Counted from the whole stretch's first letter, positions 1-13,587 are shown. The stretch: DNA of 63,827 nt, filler included, from Dirinaria sp. TL-2023a (GCA_051941275.1; 7 parts of 7 records of this genome joined end to end with filler, not necessarily neighbours in it); one strand, 5' to 3'. Program-made: numbers and translations. Notes: a model not told the origin generated them from the sequence alone.

Positions 1-1920
1 GCCTCCGGGGTCCGGACAAAGGATGAGGAGGATGAGGGGTTGGTCCAACGGACCGATTGTGGCGAGGAGAAGGGGTCTGAGCGGAGGGCGGGCTAAAGGG
101 TGAAGGAGAGGAATGGTGTGGAAATAGAGACAGCCGCCGTGTTCCGTGGGATGAACAAACTTGGTGAGCTTGTTTTGTTTGGTTTGGCTTGGGGTCAGCG
201 TCGCGTATCGGACTTCTGCAAGGACGTCGTGCAGAATAATATTACGGAGGACGCCGTGTTCGCGCAGATTTCTTTGCTTTTTCCCCTTTCGACCCTCGCA
301 GCATCGGTTAGTTCTGCAGGCTGGAGCTTCAACCTGGTGTCGCGTCTAGCTGGTCGGTTCGCAGTCTCGTTTTTTTTCGACGCTGGCAAGCCGCAAGCCA
401 CTGAACGTGGAGTCTGAAGGCGAAACGATCTACATTCGAGGCTAACCCGAAATTCCCTTATGCAGGATATGCAAGACGTGATGTGTATGTGCGTTGGGTG
501 CAAGATGAAGCAATCTAGATGGTGTGAAGAGAGATTGGTGTCGCCCTGCGTGTGGACCAGATCGCAGCTTGTGCGGCTATAGTGGGTTGGCAGGGTAGCC
601 AGATGCAGCAGTGATGGGCTTTTTTTTTGGGGTGTTGCTGATCAGGGTTCAATTAAGCTGATTCACGACTGAGGGTCTTTTCCTGAAAGATGGTTCGTAT
701 TCTTGGTGGGGCTTGTGGGGATGTGCTGGAACGTTGAAAAGTGTTTGCGGAGCGTGGAAAATCGTTGGCGCGGCAAAAGTTAAATGGTAGAAGGGCCGAA
801 AGAGGCAACAGGCGAGCGGGTGTAAATAGTAAAGTAAGGTAAGGATGGTAAGGTAGGTAGGTAGTAGTGTTAATGATGGGTGTTCGGTACGGGAGACGAA
901 TGTTCTAGTCCTTACTACTAAACCTCTTAGTCTTACCTCAAGTTCTCAACCTCGTCCAACCTATGAACATTGTTATTACTGCAAGTTGCAGCAAAACATC
1001 CGTGCGTCTGGCCTTTCTCGAGCTACTCCGTCCTTGGGCAAACTCCCCCTTCTCAATGGCTGAATATGTGTTCATGCTACTGCTGCATTAGCGTCATGTC
1101 GACCCCTTCATCAGATCCTGGTCTATAATATGACCGATGGTTCCAAAGGGGCGATCCGTCTCGCATCCCTCCAATAACCTACCCATCACCCTTAGCTCGT
1201 CGAAATATCACCCCATCAAAAAGGACCATGTCATCACTTCCTTCGTTGCTTTCACGCTCCTATCGGAGTCAGCGAAACCCCGTTGGATGCTCGAAATCGT
1301 CTTCTGCCATTGTTCATAGCGAGCTATCGAGGAACACTACACTACTACTGCTACGGAACTGCTATGTCGGACCAAGGAGAAGCGTCTCTGCGCATCATCA
1401 TTAGTGTCGCCATCCAGTGCACCCTCCCAGAAACCGTTGAATGCTTTTTTGTTGGCGCAAATGAACAACATGTACTACCAGGTCATAGTCTTGCTTTCGC
1501 TTGAATACCAATAATAGACTCGTAATCGTCACACCCCCCCTTTTTGGCCATCGCCTGAATAGGGGATGGAGTCGCTTGGAGAATCGAAACCTCGTGTCAT
1601 CAATCGTAACGTAATAATAATAATAGCCCCGGGACAAGTATTGAAAACATGGTTCGTGTAAGCCAAAGGCCTCGGAGCTGGACAGTATAGGAAAATTATA
1701 GTTGAAAGCGTGTTCCCGACTGCGGGTGCCGTTGTTGAGTAGCAATCCCACGCAAATTCGAGAAAGAAGTCGTACTCGCTATGGAAAACCAAGGGTATCC
1801 GCAATCCGCGAGCTCGTGACATGTAATCGTCGAATACAGAGGCAGCTAGAAAGTCATGAGATCTTCAGAATCGCACATCGTATGCTTGTGAAGCTTCAAG
1901 CCAGTAGGCCGAAAGAAAAA

Positions 1921-4064
1921 TCATCGCCGCTGTACAATGCTGCTCCGGGCACGGTTCATGGGTCGGCTGTCTCGGTCGTAGCTGCCGCTGCCGGGGAGCG
2001 CTCCGAAACTACCTTGACGGGCTATCCGTTGACGTTTCAACCCATCGTCGCCCTCAGCTCGGCTTTGCTCATCTTCATCTTCGCGCAGACGTTTGCTGGA
2101 GGGTGTTGCGCCATTGATGTGAGATGAAGCGGAGGCGTAGCTTGACGGCTGAGATAGAGAGCTGTAGCTATCTGCACCAGTAGTTCCGTTGGGCATGCTG
2201 CTGCGCGTGTCACTCATAACGTTGTAGAGATTGCTCGAGGGCGCAGCGCGAGGTGGAGTCTGATATCCAGCGCCCCACTGGGATTGGCTTCCCGTTGAAG
2301 TCCGAGGGGTCATGCGGCCAGACCCGTTCTGGTGTGGAGATCCACTCATCTCCGGAGAAATGTGAGCATGTTCTCCATGGAGGGATCCCAGGTTGGGGCC
2401 CGAGTTGTAGTTATAGGAACCACGACTCGCGCTATACGTCGCATTGCTATCGTGAGGATAGTCCGTATCGTGCTCATGATCAGCTTCTTCGTCGCCAGTC
2501 GCTTGGCCTACTTGCTCGGCTCCCTGGTTATGCGCATATGCACCAACCTTGGATTCAATATGCTCCGCTTGGGTCCCGGAACCAAGACGAGCCGAGGGAG
2601 GGCCCATTTCATGCTTCATGTAGTTGCTCGAAGGTGGCCGGGCAATATCGGCCTGATGCTGTACATTTTGATGTGAAGAATATTGTTCCGAAGGCGCTGC
2701 AGACGCTGAGTACAACGGTCGGGAGTTGTCATATGGCTGTTGATTTGGGTAATGATGCATTGACTGCATCGGTCCCCCTGGCGGTGTCGTCGCAGGAGTA
2801 TTAGGTGTCGACTGCGAATGACCGTCATTTGCTATTGGTAGCCCACCCTGAACTCCGCTTCCCATGTTTTGCCCATTCCATTCGTAGTTTCCCTGACCGC
2901 CCATTCCAATACCGCTTGAAGCACTCGTTGGGGGAGTTGGAAAAGTGTGTGCACGATCCAAGCTCGGTCTCGGAGCTGCGGGATGAGGGGCTATGGAATG
3001 AGGTGGTTGACTGCCGTGTAAAGTGCTAGAACTGTTCATCGAGTGATGATGGTGCAAGGACGGGGCTTGTGACCCGGGAGCACCAATCAATCCCGATTGC
3101 TGTTGCTTGTTTTCTAGTTTGCGGCGCTCGGCGGCTGCCATGACTGCATTTGTCCTGTTGGAATTGGTCGGATGATAGAGCAGTGCCCCGATGTTGTGCA
3201 CGAAGAGTGGATATAGCATTTCGGTGATTTTCTCTTTGTTGGCGAAATCAAGGGCGCGTTCAAACGGTATCCTAACTAATAATCAGCTCCTACACTTGCG
3301 AACGACTTGACTCTGAGCATTTACCAAACGCCCTTGAGGTGCATTGGCCCGATTTTTACAACGTGGCGCATTTTCTCACTCTTCAAGATCCCGTCACGGC
3401 GACCTCGAGTCATTCCCGCGACATTGAGTAGCTTGGTACCGTTAATCATGTGATTATCTGGATGAAGTCAGCACAAGTCTCGGATAACTCCAAATTAACC
3501 ATGAGGTGCATAAAAATCCTTTATGCAGCTGCATGCATGCAGTGAGCCGTACCATCTCGTCTCGCAACGCAGACTCCCTTCGCTTCTACCTGAAAGCACA
3601 TGCTGCCTTCGTCTTCCCACAATGTAGCTGTGACGCGGGGCTTCATGCCTGCAGGGGCGACTTGGCCTGTCGTATCATTCATTTGCGGGGGGTAGCCTGG
3701 AGCACCAACGCCATATCCATGCTGAGAAGGCCCACCTGGTGGCATTGCTGCAGCATGTTAGTTGTAAGGACTGAAAATTTGATTGGCCTTGCTCACCTGG
3801 CAACGGCAGCATTCCTGGATTCATCTGAGAGCCCATCGGAGGCGGTACTGGATGTCCGCTTCCCGGTGGAGAAGTAACACCGTTTGAATAGCCATAATGT
3901 TGGCCATAAGTTGGAGATGGCGCGTAGTTCCCAGGCCCTGGCTGGAGTACCGCTGGCTGGTTGTGGTATTGCGGATACTGGGATGTCGCTGGCTGACTTG
4001 GGTACGACTGCCCACCTGAAGAGTAGGACTGATGCGAGTCCATGTATTGGCTCGGCTGATTCAT
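1921..4064 (-). CDS. stuA: APSES transcription factor StuA/Asm-1. Four exons, approx. 4064-3797, 3747-3553, 3457-3325, 3271-1921.
   Basis: The spliced translation gives [11 protein letters not shown]...[109 protein letters not shown] (APSES domain) and [14 protein letters not shown]. Three GT-AG introns restore the frame. The frame stays open upstream to 4556 (see findings). Confidence 0.96.
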
Positions 4065-7000
4065 ACCGGCGCTATAAGCTTCTCCAATCTGGTTATAGGA
4101 TGCCAAGTTCTGGTGATGAGAAGGATATTCAGCTTGCTCTGACGAGTTCTCTGATAAGCCTATTGGGTGCGGGGTAGATGTATGCTGCGCTGTAGGGGAT
4201 GGTGAAGGTGTCTTCAGCCCAATTCCGTCGTTCGCGCTGTGATGTGATGATGAATTGTCTTGTGAAGGTGGGTAATTTGGCTCTGGCGGCACACTTCGGG
4301 GAATGGCCGCAGAGTACGAGGATGTCGCGGCGTACGATTGCGGAAGGTTCAAATGAGGCAATTGATTGCTTGAGAATAACGGTCGTTGTGAGTAATGTGG
4401 GTTATACCACGGCACGTCTGTCGGGGCTCGAGTATGGACTTGCGAAAGTGAAGGGAGCTCCAGCTTTTCGGTATTTGTATCTAAGCGCCGTGACTGGCTG
4501 ATCAAGTGAAGGAAGCTCCTTTTATAAGCACCACGAAGAAATTTTCGGGGCTTGAGTTAATCGCGGAGCGGAAACGTATGGAGTTCTCGCGCCAATTTGA
4601 ATGACTCGGACTGAGCGATTGCGTTGAATTTGGTTATTGCCGGATTCGTTCAACGCTTGCGCCCTTTCGACCTTGGTTCGCACCACAATCTAGAAGAACC
4701 GAGTATGGACTTGACACAGATCTGAAGGAGGGATTGGATTTCGTCGAGGACCAATGATGCAAGTCCTTGAGGCTGATGTACAATGGGCGGTGACAGATAC
4801 AGCAATGCTTGGACAGAGATGTAATGTACTGCAATGAGGTGATTATCCAGAAGTACAGCGACGTGTGGCTCGTTTCAGGTCGTTAGAAGGAATCGAAGTG
4901 GTGTTTGCTGGTTGTTATGCAGGTGGATCGCAGCGGGTACTGTGTTTTTCGCAAGTGCTTTATCGGTGGGGTGGACAAGTCAGTTGAGCGAGGACTTTTT
5001 TTTTGGGGGGATTGAATGAGTGCAATTGCTTCAAGGGCGCGTCTATCGAAAACCGGGGTGATTGAATTGGATTGGAAGGGAAGACCGTTAGAAATTATTT
5101 CATGAGTGTCGTAGCTCTGTTTTCGTGGGCGCGGTAGGGATAATGAGGAGTAAGGTGGATAGGGTCTTTGTAGAAGAGTAAGGTAGGTAGAGTGTGTAAG
5201 GTAAGGTGAGGTAGGGTAAGGTATGGGGTAGGGTGGTGGTTTGAAGGGCTGCAGCTGGATAAGTTAGCAGGGCAGTCATGCGCGGGCGGGTAGGCAAAGC
5301 TGATGATAAGCTTAGACTGCACCACACCAAACGCCGCACAGGTGAATGCGTGATCGACGACTGACCTTGGCTAAGATATTTCGTGCCCCCCCTCTGGATT
5401 TGGTCCAAATCAAACGATTATCGTGCGCTTCTTCCTTGCCGCTCGACTGCCAGGCCAGAACAGACCGGAAGTAAGGCTCATTCAATTTTCAGGAGGGGGA
5501 AGCGTAGATATGAAGAGAAATTAGAGAAAGAAGGCAGACACCGACAGGGTAGCGCGGAGAGAGGTAGGGAGGAGGAGGTTGGGTTGCTCTCGTTCTCTCG
5601 TTGGTGCTGGGCAAGTTTAGCGTAAGCCGTTGGCGCGAAATGACGGGCCTCTAATCGTCTAGATTCCACCCAAGTCGCTGATAGGGTCCGGCAGCCGAAA
5701 CGAACAAACAATCCGCCGCAAGACCCACTATTCCAAACCCTGCCTTCTTGAAAAAGGGCAGAATCTTAAGGGGAAAGAAAACCAGAAAACAAAAAACCAA
5801 AAACAAAAAATTAATTAAACGCTTCGAATGGGGATCAGATGGGGTGTTAATTAATGAACTTCTTTTCTCCAGTTCTACCCCCCTTTTGCACACACTGGTG
5901 GTCCGAAAAGAAGTCGCGAGGATTCCTATGGGGTTGAAGATCGTCAATCTTCTCCTCGCTTTCCAATTGGCTCGTCCGCGACACACAAGCGTGGGTTATG
6001 TTACGTGACGCAAGAGAGCGATACCAAACCGTGTGCCGCGAGATGGAGGGTGGTCTTTCAAAAACGGGCAGCTTGGAGAAAGAGAAGAGTAGCGAGATGG
6101 AGCACAGACAGGCTGGAAGTTGACCGACGGTGGAGTTCTGCAATGCGCTGCGCTGCGGGAGAACGGGCCCTTTTACAGCAGACGCAGATTGCGGGACGGC
6201 GCGCCAGGCAGGGAAGGGAGGATGATCAAATACTTTACCAGCGGGCATCTAGGTTTCTGAGGGCTGTTGGGCGATGGAAAGGACATTACAGATTATTTCG
6301 CTGCCCGTATCGTTTGCAAGGTCGGTAAGGTTACCATGCCCCGGACCATTCGTGTGGAGAGAGCTCGGCGGAATTGTGATGCCAGAGCGTTTCGCTGAAA
6401 GCCAATCAAGTGGCCGGTGTCAGATGAGAAAGAACTTGTTGAGGGATAGCTGGATGTCTTACAAGCGTCGGCGTACCGTCTGGGCTGCAGCGGAACCGTG
6501 AGTTAGTTCGATGCAGGCAAGCTGTCTCCGTTGCGCCTTAGTCGATCAGATCGAGCCTTGACCAGGTTTCGCCGAACAGAGCCAATCACTGCTTGCTGAG
6601 CGCTGCAGGGGGGCAGGGGGGGGAGGTGAACGCTTCCCTGCGTTTGCCAGAACTCAAAAAAATCTTTGAGGTGGTGGAGACAAGAGAAGATGCAAGATTT
6701 TGGGGCAATAATTATTTGAGCATAACTTTGGTAACTACCTACTGTACTGATTTCTGGTCGAGGAACAACTCTACACAACTCGGCCAACGATCCGACACCC
6801 ACACACGGTCGACAGATTTTCGCGGTACTTGCCCCAATGTATCCCGAAAACCGTTGAGTGACTCACATTCGTACTGTAAGGTAGATAATAAAGTATGTGG
6901 AAAATGCTCAGTGTGTCCTTGATCATTATTTACTGCTGTGTCTACTCTACCCAATTCAACGTGCGAGGTTCGCTTCCAGAGTACAGTAGTGAATAAAAAG

Positions 7001-9049
7001 TACTGAAGAGACGCCAGGGAAGCGGATGAAAATTCCTCCAGCTCTTGAGCCACAGCTCAAGTAACCATGGGCGTCAATCCTTACCTTGCTGGTGGGACGG
7101 GATGACTCTCTCAAAGCTTGCCTTCTCCGTCCCAGTTCCGAGAGCGATGATCAGCGAGCATCCCACGGCTGTCCTTTCAACTTCCATCATTCGTGATCCT
7201 TCCACACCCTGTCGAGCCCGTCCTTCGTCCTTTTACTATTTCGTAACATAAAATAATCAGGCTCTGCCGCAACGGGAATGAACTTTCTCCAACTTCCCCC
7301 ATTGCTCATCCTCCATGCCACCAAATGGGCAGTGTGGCTCTCGGGGAGGGAATGGCGTCCCGAGGAGATCTCGTGGCACAGCGCTTATGGTCCTTCACTG
7401 ATTGAGTCTTTGACACGGCGGTAGATGATAAGCAATGGGAACTGGAACTCCACCACGCCGATGACTAAGGACGCCAATTAGCCTGTCGCGATTACCGGAA
7501 CAGGGGAAGAGGCGTGATGCAAGCAGAGGCGCTAGACCCCAAACCGTGCTAGCTGTTGAAGGGTCTACCCGCCATTGCTGATCAATGAGAAGCGGTGATA
7601 GGCCAGAGCCGAGTGGGTGTGGAGGCGTGCGCTGGCACTTGGCAGCAAGCGTAGTCGAAAAGACCGGGGATCACGAGAATCAGACCGAGCGCAGAAGCGC
7701 CCATAGGCTCGCCTTGGCCCAAATTCACCCGTATTTCCAGTCACTTTGTGTGATGGTCGACAACGTGGCACGAAAACAGAGCTCCTTCTCTCTACCAGCT
7801 ACGTTGCCCCCCCTGAAAATGCAGATCGCGAGGGGAGGGGGCTGGTTCATGCCAATCGCCAACCCCCCTGCCCAGCACTCCGAATATCGGAGGGGCTCAT
7901 ATTTGGGAGTTGGGACAATTGCTGTACCCAGTTGACGCACAGTGCATGAATATTCCAAAGAAACTAGGCTGGGGAATTATCTGCCCTTGCGTAGCCTGAA
8001 GATGAGAGAGTCTCAGACAATCTCTCACACGATGACCTGCTGAGTTCCTGGCAATATCATGCAACGCAAGGCACGGTACAGGGACACGCACATCATCGTG
8101 TGGCGATACAATCCAGATTCCCACGGCATCTACCGCAAATCCGCAACAGGCTATTCACTGTTGCCTATCAAAGTCTAGAGGCGTGGAGGGAATGATATGC
8201 TCCGAATTAGACTTTCTATACGTATCTATTCATCCTGTTATGGAATTCTCGCGAGCCTTCCCAATCCCTGATTGCCATCCCAGCGGTAGCAGGACACTTT
8301 TTTTTTCAGGAGATTCTTGTCTTTGAACAGAGGCACAGTTGTTTCAACTCTGGTGCACGCCTCGCTAGATATGTGCAACCCTGGGGTGTATGTAGTGAAA
8401 ATGATCCGAGCGACTGTGTTGACAACCTCGAATATCGTCGAGGTACGCAGACAAGACCAGAGTCTCTTAATCGACGTCTCACGGAATCTGCATCCTTCCG
8501 ATGCCCATATATCACAAATTACCAGATTAGAGTTTCGGCTAGGCTAAGCAATGACGAAGGCAGCCCTTGAGTCAGCTACACAAGGGCTGATTGACCGCCC
8601 GGACAACTTTCACGCTCCTCCTATCACCACCCACCCAAGCCTTTCGTAGCGTGGTGCCTTCACAAGCCAGATAGCTGCAACGAAAATTCTAGTCGATTGG
8701 ATGGAGACGCCCCTCTGCAGCAACCCGCCCATGCATATGCGAGTGCTTTGAATGGTCCCGCCGGGGGATGCTTGCCGGAAAGAGGCGCGACTTGCAACTT
8801 CCATCCTGATCTAGCAAGCCAAGTCCAGCACCCCAGTTACGGCGGTCGCATATGCAGTGCGAGTATTGGAAGGTTTCAAGAGCTGGAAGAGGCGCAAAAG
8901 ATCGGTTCATCAAGTAAGATGAGGTGCTTTTTCGCCAAATGGGTGGTCGATCTCAGTGAAGATAGAAAGCTCTTCGCCAGATTGGCCTTTACTTTTTATT
9001 GCTGGGATCGGGGAAGAGCCCGACCAGTCATCAGCAACCACGTCTGTTT

Positions 9050-9149
9050 NNNNNNNNNNNNNNNNNNNNNNNNNNNNNNNNNNNNNNNNNNNNTTAATTA
9101 ATTAANNNNNNNNNNNNNNNNNNNNNNNNNNNNNNNNNNNNNNNNNNNN
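9050..9149. other. Artificial contig spacer N44-TTAATTAATTAA-N44
   Basis: 100-nt N block containing a six-frame stop linker. Confidence 0.99.
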
Positions 9150-10055
9150 CAGTCGCCCTATGAAAGTTCTTGCCCTCGGTCTATCCCGCTGCGGTACCGA
9201 ATCCCTAAAATTCGCTCTTGAGGAGTTAGGCTACAAAGGCGTATATCACGGATTTGAGACCACAGGCAGCCATTCCGTGAGCTGGTGTAAGCTTTTCGAT
9301 ACAAAATTCGCAGGGAAGGGAGCGCAGATTATGGCGGAGGACTTTGATAGGATCATTGGGGATTGCGAGGCTGTCACCGATGCGCCGACCTGTATGCTGG
9401 GAGAGGAGATTATAAGGGCTTATCCAGATGCTAAGGTGGGTGGTGTACAACTTGTTCTTTCCTCTTGCCATATGGAGACGTGAAGGAAAGCTCATTGCCA
9501 TTAGGTGATTCTCAACCGTCGAAATGACATCGATGCATGGGACTGCAGCTTTCGAAAAACGCTATGCAAAGGGATTCGTGATAGTTATTGGCTCAAAGCA
9601 ATAGCATGGCTCTCAGCGGACTATTTCTGGTTGCGTCAGATCTCTCTCCGTTATATGTACGATTTCTTTGATGGCAGCGTGGAGAAATATGGTAAGGCAA
9701 CCTATGAGAAGCATTACGAAAAGCTCGAAGATTTGCTGCAAAGTTCAAAGAGTGGGAAGTATTTGTCTTGGAATATTGAGGATGGATGGTCAGTTTCATA
9801 TTCGTTGGAGCATACATTGAAAAAAAAAAAAGCTTGTTGCCAATGCTGATTTCGAGAAGGGAACCGTTGTGCAAGTATCTGGGTAAAGAGATTCCAGAGA
9901 CGCCATTCCCTAGCGGAAATGCACCAGATGCGTTTATGTCGAGGATACGGAAGAGGAGAGAAACCCAAGTCAAGACGGCGAAATGGAACGCAGCGCTGCT
10001 TGTTGGGACTTTGTTCACTGTTACGCTTGGTTTCGTACTGAACCGTTGGAATTAA
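9150..10055 (+). CDS. Sulfotransferase-like P-loop protein (Sulfotransfer_4 type) with a C-terminal hydrophobic helix. The 5' end may be cut by the contig edge. Exons approx. 9150-9435, 9505-9788, 9860-10055.
   Basis: Motifs RPMKVLALGLSRCGTESLKFALEELGY, YHG, YPDAK/VILNRR and IEDGW/EPLCKYLGKEIPETPFPSGN. Two GT-AG introns restore the frame. Confidence 0.85.
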
Positions 10056-10924
10056 GGTCGATGGTCCATACTCGAGTGTATCCAGCTTGCACAGGATCTA
10101 CGAGTTCCACGTCGACACCACCCATGTGGCAAGGTCTACGTAGATCGCAAAATTGATCCCGCGAAACGAGGGCTGGATCAAAGCGAGAAGTCGCCCGTCA
10201 TCTTCTGAGAAACAGGTTTGAAGGCGGTCCGTACTCCTATTATGATTGATGTGGTGATTCGTTAAGGGCTTATAAATTTGGACCGGGCAACCGTCCTTTC
10301 ATACGGCTGTCCCACAGCGATAGCTAAAAATCTCGATCAGGATCAGCAGCTTTTCAGGGGATCTTTAGCATTAGTAAGCTCAGATCATGGGCTACTGATT
10401 GATGCAGATCCGACGAGCAACTGTTCCAGGAAATTTGGATGAGGGGAAAAAAATTATCAAAAATGCCTCATCCCCAATGCAAAGAATTATCGAATAGCGA
10501 ATGTGACAGTGATAACTCGCGGTCTATCTGAATCATAAAACAATCCATATGTAGAAATAAAGGAGCCTACTAAGGCTAATGCTACAAACTGGCTTCTTCC
10601 ATTGTAGCTGAACCATGAACATTGAGTATCTTGGTGGCTTCAACTCGTAGAAAGACATTCTCTATGATTATCGGATAAAATCAATTATCCGACATGCGTA
10701 CGGTACGCGGCAGAATCGATGCCAATCCGCCTTCTATGGTAGCGGCTTTGCTTGAATAAGGCTGTGCGCTGAAACGTGGATCACAGCCTATTCTGATTCC
10801 CTTTTGTCGATCACATAGGAAGTTCCCCAGCCCCATATCAATGAACTTGAGCTCCTTTGATCTTGTCTTCTACAAGCTCCCAGTAGCAAGGTAAGGTAAT
10901 TATCCAACTTGAGCGACGCCCGAT

Positions 10925-12608
10925 ATGCGTACCCAAAATTTACATTTGCCAACCCGCCCTTCGTTGCATTCCTTGGCTGGTGACAGCGTCTTCAATGAGT
11001 TCAATACGATCTCTAGTGCTCCGACGGTATTCACAGACGCCCCAATTGCAGGAGCTATTCGCAAGAGCTACCCGGAGCTCTACCTGAACATTAGCCCCAG
11101 TCACGAGTGTGACTACCTTGGCTACGCCGCCGCTGGTGGAGCCACTGCCACCCCAGTTGATAGTGAAGACTCGCTTCCGTCGAACTTGACATGGAAGTTC
11201 TATGCTCCACCAGCACGCCGCTTGGATGGTGGCTCTGGTGTGATAGCCAACCAAGTACAGTTCGGAAAATATCTGTATACTTGGGAGGGCCACGAATTCA
11301 TTCTCTACATCATTAGGGGCGCAGAAGGACTGTATCCGTTGCAGAACAGTTATTTGCTGGGCGAATCGAAGGAGATTACGGAGGCATGCATGCTTGCCGC
11401 TTGCCAGTACGAGAATGCCCTCCATGAAGAGATTTGGGTTTTCGATGGAGGCTACTGGCAGAAAAGTCAGGAGCTGTGGCAGAGTGTGCAGCATGCCTCC
11501 TGGGACGACGTCATCCTGGAAGAGTCCATGAAAAAGGCTATCATGGGTGAAGTCAATAAATTTTACAATTCAAGGGAAAAGTACGCCAGGCTGAAAGTGC
11601 CTTGGAAACGCGGCATGATCTATTACGGACCACCAGGTATGGCGTAAATCTATTACTTGATATGCGATTCAAAACAGGGGAATTATAAGCTCTGCAAACT
11701 TCCTCATCTGATCCTATTGTATAAACAAGAGACAATTTTTCAAGCCTATGGAAGCAGGCACCAATCTTCTCAAGCATTTCTCAAAGTGGCTATTGCACAG
11801 ATCATAATATTGACTACTTCGTACCCTATCTGCAGCTGTGGGGTTTGAAAAGCCGTGGAAGGGATACTGATTGATCATTCCCCTAGGCAACGGCAAAACA
11901 ATCTCGATCAAAGCGACCATACATGCCCTCTATGACAGGGCCGATTCAATACCAACGCTCTATGTCCGATCGCTTGAGTCGTTCCAAGGACCTGAGTACT
12001 CGATCTCTAAAATCTTTGGCCGCGCTCGCCAACTCGCACCCTGCTTCCTCGTGTTCGAAGACCTCGACAGCATTGTGACCGACAAAGTGCGGTCGTATTT
12101 TCTGAACGAGGTTGACGGTCTCGAATCAAATGATGGCATCCTGATGATCGGTTCGACAAACCATCTAGAGCGCCTTGATCCAGGTATCAAGAATCGTCCA
12201 AGCAGGTTCGATCGGAAGTACCTATTCCCTGAGCCTAATCTGGCTGAAAGGATTCAGTACTGTGAGTATTGGAGGAAGAAATTGACCAGCACCGAGGACG
12301 TGAAATTCCCACACAGATTGTGTAAAGCAATAGCCGACATTACAGATGGTTTCAGCTTCGCCTACATCCAAGAAGCATTCGTGGCTGCCTTGCTAGTGAT
12401 TGCAGGACAAGACGAGGAGTTCAGTTCTACAGTCCAGGATGATAACATCATCTTGTCGGTGGCTCAAGGTTACATTCGAGAACACGAAGATAAAGACCTC
12501 AACCAATATGTATTATGGAGGGAGATCAAGAAACAAGTGCGGATATTGCGACGGGAGCTCGAGCAAGACCGGCCAGCCAACTTGTTCAGTACACTTGCAG
12601 AGCAATGA
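10925..12608 (+). CDS. AAA+ ATPase with a single AAA module (fungal BCS1/YjoB-like). Intron 11637-11886 splits Walker A. Start codon uncertain.
   Basis: WDDVIL, VPWKRGMIYYGPPG|NGKT (Walker A), LVFEDLD (Walker B), STNHLERLDPGIKNRPSRFDRK (second region of homology). Confidence 0.9.
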
Positions 12609-12981
12609 TAAATAGCACGCAGACTTATAATTCATTGAGCTTTTGAATTTGAGGCTGGTAATGGCCGCAACTGTACTTTCTGTTTAATTTCAACACCCTC
12701 GGTCGGCGAGGTGTAAGGCCTTCCCAGCCAATTCTGGCAGCCATTGTCAGTTTGATGCAATTCCCACTGCAAACGAATTGCCAATTCTTACCAGTCGAGA
12801 TCCTCCATCAAGTAGTAGTAATAAACCAGGCACTTCGCGCTTGCCAGTATCAGAAACTCCGCACAAAGCGTATCGACGTCATCCAGTTGGGATAGAGCCT
12901 CGATGGTGTCTCTATGTGAAGTGTCTCGTAACATTCCTTCTCATAAAACCACACTAGCCATCAGCCTTGCCTTTCAAGCCT

Positions 12982-13587
12982 CTAATCATCATCATGAATG
13001 ACCACACCTGTTTCCTCCGGAACCTTCTGCGGCAATCCCGTTGCATCTTCGCGCATCTGCTCTGAGTCGCTATCGATGGCTTCCGAAGGCCGCGCAGGAA
13101 CCATAGGCCCCTTCTTGGCCCCAACCATCTTATTTTCAGTCCCCTCGTCGATTTCTTTCTTCCCTCCCTTCCCCTTTTTCTTCAGCCTTTTCTTCCGATT
13201 CTTCTCGGTGCGCTCTTCGTCCCTCTTCCTCTTCTCGTCCCTCTGCGTCTCGAACTCTCGATCGGCCTTTTCCTTCTCGACTTCCTCGTCCATCGCCTTC
13301 ACGCGCTCGTACTCCCTCCTTCGACTCGCCTTGTACACATGGAACTCGCCGCTACCTGCACCGGCGGAGGATCCTTGGACATTAGCGACGATCTCCGGCG
13401 GCGCTGGGAGTCTCGATTTGGTCGTAAGCGCCGAAGAGGGAATGGCTATTTCAGCATCGGGCTTAGAGAAGAGGGCGTTGACGGACGCGGCTTGAGCTGT
13501 GGTGGGCGTCAGGGCGCGCCGCTTGGTGGGACGGTGTGATCGAGGATCTGCAGAGGTGGGGATGGATTCGGGTATTGGTTCAGACAT
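12982..13587 (-). CDS. PRKRIP1: PRKR-interacting protein 1-like (DUF1168), spliceosome-associated
   Basis: Signature PPPEIVANVQGSSAGAGSGEFHVYKASRRREYER followed by a K/R/E-rich coiled coil. ATG at 13587 (MSEPIPESIPTSADPRS). Confidence 0.9.
   Translation of the reverse strand: MSEPIPESIPTSADPRSHRPTKRRALTPTTAQAASVNALFSKPDAEIAIPSSALTTKSRLPAPPEIVANVQGSSAGAGSGEFHVYKASRRREYERVKAMDEEVEKEKADREFETQRDEKRKRDEERTEKNRKKRLKKKGKGGKKEIDEGTENKMVGAKKGPMVPARPSEAIDSDSEQMREDATGLPQKVPEETGVVIHDDD

Noticed and set aside
1..503. ORFs at the window start (100-417 +, 195-503 -)
   Set aside because: No recognisable motifs. The composition suggests a 5'UTR or intron of a gene beyond the contig edge.
9094..9105. TTAATTAATTAA recurring every 9.1 kb as a biological repeat or element terminus
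   Set aside because: It is always centred in a 100-nt N block and is a standard six-frame stop linker added during assembly.
12998..13495. Antisense ORFs over real genes (also 2253-2804, 16039-16365, 40125-40643, 46283-46729, 60294-60680)
   Set aside because: These are shadow ORFs produced by codon bias on the opposite strand.
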